Assembly: GCF_000014785.1 (NCBI RefSeq)
Contig: NC_008340.1
Location: forward strand, 1,170,001 to 1,202,000
Reading direction: 5' to 3'
From: Alkalilimnicola ehrlichii MLHE-1
GTDB lineage: Bacteria; Pseudomonadota; Gammaproteobacteria; Nitrococcales; Halorhodospiraceae
DNA: 32,000 nucleotides
Both the position numbers and the translations under genes were made by a program. The notes beneath the pieces are model-generated. The model was not told where the DNA came from, searched no databases, and worked only from the letters and a program-made list of their open reading frames with translations. Of the stretch, positions 8,787-15,265 are shown piece after piece. The first letter of the stretch is position 1; every line of letters starts with the position of its first letter.

Positions 8787-10940
8787 CTACAACTCTTTGA
8801 GGTGGAACAGCCGGTGCTCGTCCAGCCAGGTGCGGAAGCCGGTGGGCACGACGAAGGTGGTGGCATCGGACTCGATGATCGCCGGTCCCTCGATCTCATT
8901 GCCCGGCAGCAGCGACTCCATGTGATAGAGCTGGGCCTCGACCCAACGGCGCTTGTGGTAGAACCGGCGGGTACCGAGACGGGCCTTGGGCGCTGGGGTC
9001 TTATCGGCCAGTGGTTCCCTGGGGATGCGGGGTTTCGGGATGGGCACCGAGCCGCGCATGATGGCGCCGGTGACCGAATAGCCCAGCTCGGGTGAGCGGG
9101 CGGACTCGGCGTAGACCCGGCCGTAGGTCTGGTTGAAGGCCTCCTCCAGTTGCAGCCAGTCCTCCTCGGAGTCGGCCGAGGCGATCGGTGAATCGATCTC
9201 CAGGTCGTTAAGCTGGCCGCGATACTGCATACGGTAGGCCGGCTGCAGGCGCACCTGCTCGGGGCCGTAACCGTTCACCCGGAACTCCTCCAGGACGTTC
9301 TCGGTCAACTCGGCCCACGCGGCCTGCAGCGTTTTGGCCGCGGCCTCGCGCTCGGACGGGGATGCGTGTTGGTCCAGGTTGATATCCAGGCTCTTGTCAT
9401 AGCGGTACTCAAAGTCCGCCGCCGCGCAGCCGAAGGCGGAGAACCCGGCCGCCCAGGCGGGGACGATCACGTCCTCGAAGCCCAGGCCCTCGGTGTAGCC
9501 GTAGGTGTGCACCGGCCCGGCGCCGCCGTAGGAGAAGCAGACGAAGCTGCGCGGGTCGTAACCCTTGGCGGAGATCATGGAACGGATGTAGTCGTGCAGC
9601 TCCGAGTCCAGCAGTTCGATCACCCCGGCGGCCGCGTCCTCCACCGACAGGCCCAGAGGGTCTGCGATCTGCGCCTTGATGGCGTCGTGGGCCCGCTGCG
9701 GCTCCAGTTTGATCGCCCCACCCAGGAAGTTGTCGGGGTTCAGGTAGCCCAACACCATGTGGCAATCGGTGATGGAGACGGTCTCGATGCCGCTGTCCGC
9801 CCAGCAGACCCCGACCCGGTAGCCGGCGGAGTCCGGGCCCAGCTTGATGGCGCGGGTGTAGGGGTCCAGCCGTACGAAGCTGCCGGCCCCGGCCCCCACC
9901 GAGTCCATGGCCACCAGCGGTAAGGACAGCACCAGCCGGGCCATGTCCGGATCGGTGCGGATGGTCAGCTCGTTCTGGGTGATCAGGGCAACGTCGAAGG
10001 AGGTGCCGCCGATATCGGAGCAGGCGATGTTCTTGTAGCCCAGGGTTTCCCCCAGGTACTTGGCCCCGATCACCCCGCCGATGGGGCCGGAAACGATGGT
10101 GCGTGCCAGCTCCTTGGCCTTCCAGGAGATGGTGCCGCCATGGGTGGCCATGACCCGGAAGTCAAACTGGGTCCCCTTCTCCTGGAACGATGTCGAGATC
10201 TTCTTAAGGGTCTCGCGCGAGGGCTCGGCCGCGTAGGCCTCCAGGATGGTGGTGTTGGTGCGATGGGACTCCTTGCGCACCGGGTAATAGTCCACTGAGG
10301 CGAAGACCTGGATGGTCTTGCCGGCGCGGGCCACCTCCTCAAGTACGATGTCGCGTACACGGCGCTCGTGCTCCGGGTTCTTGTAGGAATGGAGCAGGCT
10401 GATGACGATGCCGTCCACGTTACTGGCGATGACCTCGCGTGCGGCCTGGCGGGCGCTCTCCTCGCGCAGCGGGATCACCACATTGCCGAACATATCCACC
10501 CGTTCGACCACGCCACGGGTGCGTTGCCGGGGCACCAGTGGCTCGTCGTAGTAGTGGGTGTTCAGATGGATCCGGTCCTCGTAGGCGAAGCCTAGGTAGG
10601 CCTGGATGGCCCGGCCCATGCGGTGGAAATCCTCCATGCCCTGGTTGACGATCAGCCCACAGCGCAGTCCCTTGCGCTGGACCACCCGGTTGAGCAGGGC
10701 GGTCCCGGAGTACACGCCGGTCTGTAGCTGGGGCAGGGCCTGCTCCAGGGGGATGTCCCAGAGGGCGAGGGCATCCTCGCTGGAGTAGAGCAGTCCGACG
10801 GATTCGTCGTCCGGTGTGCTCTGGGCCTTGCCGACCACGAACTCACCCTGGCCATCCACAAAGAAGGTGTCGGTCATGGTGCCGCCGGCATCGATGCCCA
10901 GCACCTGCACATCTCTTGGTGTTGGTTGAACAGCGCTCAC
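8787..10940 (-). CDS. acxA: Acetone carboxylase beta subunit (hydantoinase A family)
   Basis: 717 aa. The N-terminal ATPase motif VLGIDAGGTMTDTF is typical of hydantoinase A/oxoprolinase. The GTG start at 10940 has an AGGAGG SD 8 nt upstream. It is the first gene behind a sigma-54 promoter. Confidence 0.92.
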   Translation of the reverse strand: MSAVQPTPRDVQVLGIDAGGTMTDTFFVDGQGEFVVGKAQSTPDDESVGLLYSSEDALALWDIPLEQALPQLQTGVYSGTALLNRVVQRKGLRCGLIVNQGMEDFHRMGRAIQAYLGFAYEDRIHLNTHYYDEPLVPRQRTRGVVERVDMFGNVVIPLREESARQAAREVIASNVDGIVISLLHSYKNPEHERRVRDIVLEEVARAGKTIQVFASVDYYPVRKESHRTNTTILEAYAAEPSRETLKKISTSFQEKGTQFDFRVMATHGGTISWKAKELARTIVSGPIGGVIGAKYLGETLGYKNIACSDIGGTSFDVALITQNELTIRTDPDMARLVLSLPLVAMDSVGAGAGSFVRLDPYTRAIKLGPDSAGYRVGVCWADSGIETVSITDCHMVLGYLNPDNFLGGAIKLEPQRAHDAIKAQIADPLGLSVEDAAAGVIELLDSELHDYIRSMISAKGYDPRSFVCFSYGGAGPVHTYGYTEGLGFEDVIVPAWAAGFSAFGCAAADFEYRYDKSLDINLDQHASPSEREAAAKTLQAAWAELTENVLEEFRVNGYGPEQVRLQPAYRMQYRGQLNDLEIDSPIASADSEEDWLQLEEAFNQTYGRVYAESARSPELGYSVTGAIMRGSVPIPKPRIPREPLADKTPAPKARLGTRRFYHKRRWVEAQLYHMESLLPGNEIEGPAIIESDATTFVVPTGFRTWLDEHRLFHLKEL

Positions 10941-10995
10941 GGTTGTCTCCTCCTGATGGTTGTAATGACGCCCCGGGGGACGCGCAGGAGGAGGC

Positions 10996-11010
10996 GCAAA
11001 CGCTGTGCCA
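10996..11010 (-). promoter_or_regulatory. Sigma-54 (-24/-12) promoter of acxABC
   Basis: The minus strand reads TGGCACAGCGTTTGC, i.e. TGGCAC-N5-TTGC with canonical GG/GC spacing. It lies ~55 nt upstream of the acxA GTG, and a sigma-54 activator gene is in the same locus. Confidence 0.75.
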
Positions 11011-11104
11011 GCTGCAGGCAGAGGGGTGCGGCTGCTGTTAAATCAAAGGCCTAGGGTTCTCGGGCGGGCCATTCTGGCTTCGGGAGAGGGGCGATGGCCG
11101 GATC

Positions 11105-11141
11105 CCGGACAGTGCCCGGTGTCCGGATGACGGACACCGGG
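11105..11141. promoter_or_regulatory. Candidate enhancer-binding-protein (AcxR) upstream activator site: nested inverted repeats of CCGGACA
   Basis: CCGGACA(11105-11111)-N8-TGTCCGG(11120-11126)-N4-CGGACA(11131-11136). The right half forms an 11-bp perfect inverted repeat, CCCGGTGTCCG-gatga-CGGACACCGGG (11115-11141). The site is ~105-130 bp upstream of the -24/-12 element and is not downstream of any gene, so it is not a terminator. Confidence 0.4.
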
Positions 11142-11167
11142 GGCGGCTCTATGGCACACTTGGGTAT

Positions 11168-11560
11168 ATGCGTATTCTTATCCGTTATTTTTTCCGAGGA
11201 GTCCGTCTCGTGTTGACGCCGTTCATGATCGCCGGCAGCCGGTTGATGATGCCTAAAGGCATTGAGCGTGATCCCGAGGACCAGCGTGCCGTGGACGCCC
11301 AGACCCGTAGATTAGCGCTGTACCACTACCCGGCCTGTCCGTTCTGTATCAAGGTGCGTCGCGTGATGCACCGCCTGTCGCTGGATATCGAGTTGCGCAA
11401 CGCCCAGGGTCCGGGCGAGTACCGTGAGACCCTGCGCCGTGAGGGCGGGCGGGTGATGGTGCCCTGCCTGCGCATTGAGCAGGAGGACGGCTCGGTGCGC
11501 TGGCTCTATGAGTCCGACGATATCATCGAGTACCTGCTGGACCATTTCGAGCCGGAGTAG
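11168..11560 (+). CDS. Glutaredoxin-family protein with N-terminal hydrophobic segment
   Basis: 130 aa with a CPFC active site in LYHYPACPFCIKVRRVMHRL and the downstream glutaredoxin signature VPCLRIE. The N-terminal ~25 aa are hydrophobic. Confidence 0.8.
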   Translation: MRILIRYFFRGVRLVLTPFMIAGSRLMMPKGIERDPEDQRAVDAQTRRLALYHYPACPFCIKVRRVMHRLSLDIELRNAQGPGEYRETLRREGGRVMVPCLRIEQEDGSVRWLYESDDIIEYLLDHFEPE

Positions 11561-11630
11561 CCTCGGGCGGTCCGCCCCTGCGGCCGGGGTGTGTAGAATG
11601 CACCGGTGGCGGTGTTGCGCATTCTAGGGG

Positions 11631-11981
11631 GTGGCCGTGGTCTGGTTCTGGCTGTTCGCGCTGTTGCTGGGCGTGGCCGCGGTGGTCGGCGTAGTGCGCC
11701 ACCATCGGGTGGCGTTCGTTATCGCCTTTGATGGTAAGGGGCCGGCGGTGCGCAAAGGGGCACCGCCACCGGGCTTTCTGGCGGCGTGCCGGGACGTTGC
11801 CCGGATGTACGGGGTCGGGGCGGGTAAGGTCTACGGCGTGCGCGAGGCCGGCGGCCTGCAATTGGCATTCTCCCGGGATCTGCCGGAACGGGCCCGGCAG
11901 CCGTTACGCAACTGCTGGACACCGCCCCCATCCGGTGGCCCCGCCGGCGGGGCGGGGGGCGGCGCCCGTCGCGCGGGCTGA
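11631..11981 (+). CDS. DUF3634-family small membrane protein
   Basis: 116 aa with a GTG start. A single N-terminal TM helix is followed by ...KGAPPPGFLAACRDVAR...LAFSRDLPERARQPLRNCW, which resembles my recollection of the DUF3634 pattern (FS..iP...QRiRNv). Third-position GC is high. Confidence 0.55.
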   Translation: MAVVWFWLFALLLGVAAVVGVVRHHRVAFVIAFDGKGPAVRKGAPPPGFLAACRDVARMYGVGAGKVYGVREAGGLQLAFSRDLPERARQPLRNCWTPPPSGGPAGGAGGGARRAG

Positions 11982-11988
11982 GCCCGGT

Positions 11989-12549
11989 TTACCAGCTGCG
12001 GACGTTGCCCACGTCCACGTGGACGAACTGCGAACGGGGGTAGTAGCCCACCCCACCTTTCTGCAGTGAGAGCGCGGCGTCGCGCACCTGCGACAGGTCT
12101 CGCCCCGGTACCCGGATATCGATGGCCTCGCCTTCCATGTGCAGGCTGTAGACCGCCACGTTCCGCCCCTGGGCGCGCAGCCGGCGGTTGGTCTCGGGCG
12201 AGCGGTACCCGGAAATCACCTCGAAGGTGGCCTGGGTGTCCAGCCGCTGCTGCAATGCGTCGAGGGTGTCGAGCAGGTCCGGATCTATGGGGTGGACCTC
12301 ATTGGCGCGGTGGTCGCGCAGGACGTGGTTTACCTCGGACAGGGCGTCAGGCAGATACCTGCCGTGTTCCCAGTAGGTGACCGTCAGCTTCTCACCGGTG
12401 TGTAGGTTGTGGAAGGCCAGGTCGCGATGTTCTGTGCGGGCGGCCTGCGCGAGGGTGATGGGTGTGCTTGCCATGGCCAGGGTAGCGGCCGACCAGGCGA
12501 GAAAACGGCGGCGATTGATGCCGGTACCACGGGTGCTGTCCGTTCGCAT
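11989..12549 (-). CDS. Tat-exported DUF882 / peptidase M15A protein (YcbK/MepK-like peptidoglycan endopeptidase)
   Basis: Twin-arginine signal INRRRFLAWSAATLAMASTPITLAQA. Family motifs are present: SGYRSPETN, HMEGEAIDIRVPG and GGVGYYPRSQFVHVDVGNVRSW. The ORF is open to a TTG at 12573; ATG 12549 is preferred. Confidence 0.8.
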   Translation of the reverse strand: MRTDSTRGTGINRRRFLAWSAATLAMASTPITLAQAARTEHRDLAFHNLHTGEKLTVTYWEHGRYLPDALSEVNHVLRDHRANEVHPIDPDLLDTLDALQQRLDTQATFEVISGYRSPETNRRLRAQGRNVAVYSLHMEGEAIDIRVPGRDLSQVRDAALSLQKGGVGYYPRSQFVHVDVGNVRSW

Positions 12550-12822
12550 GCGTTGGGATACCCCCCTGTGCAAATGCTCTCTCCGTAGCTGCCAGCGGCA
12601 AAGCCACCCCGGGCATCAGGCCGCGGCCGGATGAGTCAGGGCGGAGGAGAGTGGAAACCGAGGCGAACCTCGCTGCAGCGGATTTTATCCACAGTCCGGG
12701 CATTTACCAAGCCTAGTTCGTGCACGTTGTGACGGGCTGCCCCTGTTTGCCCGTTAAGGCGCTCGGAAAACCGGATGATTCCCTCTTTTTTTGCGCCCCT
12801 CGCATGGGCGCGGCAGTGGACG

Positions 12823-13350
12823 CCCCCACCGTCACTGCGAGCCCCGAAGCGGCACGGCAGTCCAGATGGGGTGTGGATCGCCGCGTCGCTGCGCTCCTCG
12901 CGATGACGGGGTGGGGCTCCCCGACACCGCATGACGGGGGTGGGGCTCCCCGACACCGCATGACGGGGGTGGGGCTCCCCGACACCGCATGACGGGGATG
13001 GGGCTCCCCGACACCGTCACTGTGAGGAGGCGAAGCCGACGCGGCAGTCTACCGCCTTGGATCGCCACGGGCCTTCGGCCCTCTTGATGAACATGGCCAG
13101 ACGCTGCGGGCGCCCCCTACCCTCACTGCGAGCGCGGCCCCACCCCCACCGTCACTGCGAGGAGGCGAAGCCGACGTGGCAGTCTACCGCCCTGGATCGC
13201 CACGGGCCTGCGGCCCTCGCGATGACGGGGGTGCCCCGTTCCTCGCTGATTCGCGCCTGCGCAGCGGGGCGGGGGGCTCGCGATGACGGGGAAAAGCCTT
13301 CGGCCCTCGCGATGACGGGGGTGGCGCCCCCGCCGCCACTGCAAGCCCCC
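12823..13350. repeat. Cluster of GC-rich palindromic REP/MITE-like elements (three ~80-95 bp full copies plus half-copies)
   Basis: Full copies lie at about 12823-12916, 13016-13092 and 13142-13237. Each has a left end (CCCCACC)GTCACTGYGAG and a right end CTCGCGATGAC(GGGGTGGGG), which are inverted repeats of each other, around a GGCAGTC...GGATCGCC core. Extra right-end fragments occur at ~13276-13300 and ~13305-13330, and left-end-like fragments at ~13120-13140 and ~13335-13345. Confidence 0.8.
12899..13014. repeat. Tandem array, 4 x 29 bp (CGCATGACGGGGGTGGGGCTCCCCGACAC)
   Basis: The units are 12899-12927, 12928-12956, 12957-12985 and 12986-13014. They are head-to-tail with no spacers. Units 2 and 3 are identical; units 1 and 4 differ slightly (a one-base g shift in unit 1, one substitution in unit 4). 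The unit derives from the right terminus of the palindromic element. Confidence 0.9.
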
Positions 13351-13363
13351 AGGGCGCGCTGGC

Positions 13364-14632
13364 TTAGCGCTTGAGGTCGCGGCCGGCGGCGAACTCCAGA
13401 CAGACGGCGTCGGCCAGCGTGGCCTCCACCAGGGCCGGGTCATCCAGCCCCAATTGGGCTTCGATGGCCTCCAGGTTGGAGGGCAGGGTGCGGGTGCGGG
13501 GTTGGTGGTCCAACAGCGCGCAGCAATCCTTATAGGGCTGGATGGAGATGTCGTAAGTCCCGATGCGCCGGCCAATGGCCACGATATCCGCCTTGTCCAG
13601 CCCCACCAGCGGGCGCATGATCGGCATCCGCACGGCCAGCGAGGTGCTGACCATGTTCTCCATGGTTTGCGAGGCCACTTGGCCCAGGCTGTCACCGGAA
13701 ATCAGCGCCAGCGCCCTTAAACGCTTGGCCAGCGCCTCGCCGGTGCGAGCGACGAAGCGGCGGAACAACACCACTTCGTGGCCGCGCTGGTCGCCGTGCA
13801 GCGCCATGTCGAAGTGATCATAGGGCACCATGTAGAGCCGCGAATGGCCGGTGTAGCGGGACAGTTGGCGCGCCAGCCGGATCACCGTGTGGTCGGCGTC
13901 GGCACGCTGCTGCGACGGGCTGGCGGTGAAATGCAGGAAATCCACCCGGCAGCCGCGCTTGGCCATCAGGAAGGCCGCCACCGGCGAGTCGATGCCCCCG
14001 GAGAGCAGGGTCAGCGCTCGACCCCCGGGCCCTACCGGCAGCCCGCCCAGGCCCCGGTGACGGGTGCCGTAGCAGTACATGCCGTCGCTGTAGATGTCCA
14101 GGTGGAAGGTCTGGTCGGGGCGGCGGAGGTCCACCCGCTGCCAGGGGCTGTGTTCGATGATGGTCTGACCGATCCGTGCCGCGATCTGGTCCGAGGGCAG
14201 GGGAAAGCGCTTGTCGGCCCGCTTGACCCGGACGGCAAAGCTCCCCTGGCCGGCGTTCTCCATACGGTTGGCCAGGTCGGACAGCAGCATGCGGGCCTGT
14301 TCCAGCATGGCCTGGCGGTCGGCGCTGGCGGCCAGGTAGTGCACCGGCTGGTAGGTGACGATCCCCGGGGTCTCCGCCGCGGCCTGGAGCACCTCCTGGC
14401 GCTGCGCCTCCGACAGGCCTTGCAGATCCACCCAGATGCGCTGGTGGCCCTGGTGGATCTCGGGGCGCAGGCCGGCGGCCCGCAGCCGATGGCGCAGGTT
14501 GTGGCGCAGCGCGCGCTCGAAACGGCTGCGATTCCGCCCCTTCAGGGCGACCTCGCCGTAATGGATGAGCAGGCGATTGGGCTGGAAGCGGCCCAGTACC
14601 GGGCGTTGATCCGCGGGTTGTGCTGCTGTCAT
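13364..14632 (-). CDS. thiI: tRNA 4-thiouridine(8) synthase ThiI, short form without rhodanese domain
   Basis: 422 aa. It has an N-terminal ferredoxin-like/THUMP region (LLIHYGEVALKGRNRSRFE...) and the PP-loop motif LLSGGIDSPVAAFLMAKRG. The downstream KDCCALL segment is typical of ThiI. Confidence 0.9.
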   Translation of the reverse strand: MTAAQPADQRPVLGRFQPNRLLIHYGEVALKGRNRSRFERALRHNLRHRLRAAGLRPEIHQGHQRIWVDLQGLSEAQRQEVLQAAAETPGIVTYQPVHYLAASADRQAMLEQARMLLSDLANRMENAGQGSFAVRVKRADKRFPLPSDQIAARIGQTIIEHSPWQRVDLRRPDQTFHLDIYSDGMYCYGTRHRGLGGLPVGPGGRALTLLSGGIDSPVAAFLMAKRGCRVDFLHFTASPSQQRADADHTVIRLARQLSRYTGHSRLYMVPYDHFDMALHGDQRGHEVVLFRRFVARTGEALAKRLRALALISGDSLGQVASQTMENMVSTSLAVRMPIMRPLVGLDKADIVAIGRRIGTYDISIQPYKDCCALLDHQPRTRTLPSNLEAIEAQLGLDDPALVEATLADAVCLEFAAGRDLKR

Positions 14633-14664
14633 GTAGGCATCGGGGTGGGGAGTGTAGGGCGCGT

Positions 14665-14693
14665 ATTTAACGATTGCAGCGCGGGAATTTCAA
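14665..14693 (-). promoter_or_regulatory. Putative sigma-70 promoter for thiI
   Basis: The minus strand reads TTGAAA-N17-TTAAAT, with the -10 element ending ~32 nt upstream of the thiI ATG (14632). Confidence 0.45.
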
Positions 14694-14734
14694 GTGCCCC
14701 CCCAATGGCCGGGGGTGGCCGTGGGCCGCCATGC

Positions 14735-15031
14735 TCAACGGACCCGCTGATCCGCCCGGGGGCGGGTGTGCACGGGGCCGTGCTCCAGCAACCGGACCAG
14801 ATAGCGGCGGCAACCGCCGGGGGTGGAGAGCTGGGTATAGTCCCCGTCCGGGATCTTGACCCCCAATGCCTGTTCCAGGCCGAGCATCAACCGCAGAAAG
14901 TCCACCGAGTCCATATCCAGGTCCTCATGGAAGCTGTGGTCGTCCTGCACCTCCGCCAGCACGGTCTCCGGGGTGATCTCTGCCAGCAGTCGCTCCATGG
15001 CCTCCTGAACGCGGGCTTCGGTCTTGGTCAT
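14735..15031 (-). CDS. Acyl/peptidyl carrier protein-like (phosphopantetheine attachment site) small protein
   Basis: 98 aa. The carrier-protein core LDMDSVDFLRLMLGLEQALG has the DS(x)D Ser attachment motif at the start of helix 2. The sequence is acidic. Confidence 0.65.
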   Translation of the reverse strand: MTKTEARVQEAMERLLAEITPETVLAEVQDDHSFHEDLDMDSVDFLRLMLGLEQALGVKIPDGDYTQLSTPGGCRRYLVRLLEHGPVHTRPRADQRVR

Positions 15032-15265
15032 GCGTGGCGAGCTCCCAGGCGTAGAGTGTGTGGTGGCGGGATGGAAACGGGTGAACGCCCCGATGGGGTT
15101 TCCATGATCGCACGGCGGCGCTTACCCTTGGAATGGTAGCAGCCCGTATCCGCGCCAACCCCTCGGCGCACGCCCCGTTCAGGGGCATGGCAGCGGGCCG
15201 CCGTATGCGGTCCGGCGGCTCATGCCCGCGGACCACCCACCGCGGAGACAAGGATCAGTGCATTC

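Noticed and set aside
11152-11166. TGGCAC on the plus strand just upstream of the glutaredoxin-like gene, a possible second sigma-54 promoter
   Set aside because: The -12 position reads GGTA instead of TTGC. The element also ends only ~2 nt before the ATG, leaving no room for a leader or SD.
12574-12822. Possible tRNA, sRNA or terminator: a T7 run (12786-12792) next to the GCGCCC-ctcgcat-GGGCGC stem (12793-12811)
   Set aside because: The T-run precedes the stem on the plus strand, and an A-run follows it on the minus strand, so it is not an intrinsic terminator in either direction. No tRNA-like T-arm or anticodon-arm features were seen.
12899-13014. Possible CRISPR array (29-bp direct repeats)
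   Set aside because: The repeats are directly adjacent with no spacers, there are only four units, there are no cas genes in the window, and the unit is a fragment of the neighbouring palindromic element.
12636-13695. Six overlapping ORFs across the thiI-mepK intergenic region, some with repeated peptides such as MSGSPTPVMRCRGAPPP
   Set aside because: They are translations of the palindromic and tandem DNA repeats. The 29-bp period is not a multiple of 3, they overlap on both strands, and they have no SD. 13123-13695 also runs antisense into thiI.
13778-15139. 453-aa plus-strand ORF
   Set aside because: It runs antisense through thiI, the thiI promoter region and the ACP-like gene. An ORF crossing an intergenic promoter region in a high-GC genome with Arg/Gly/Ala-rich content is an artefact.
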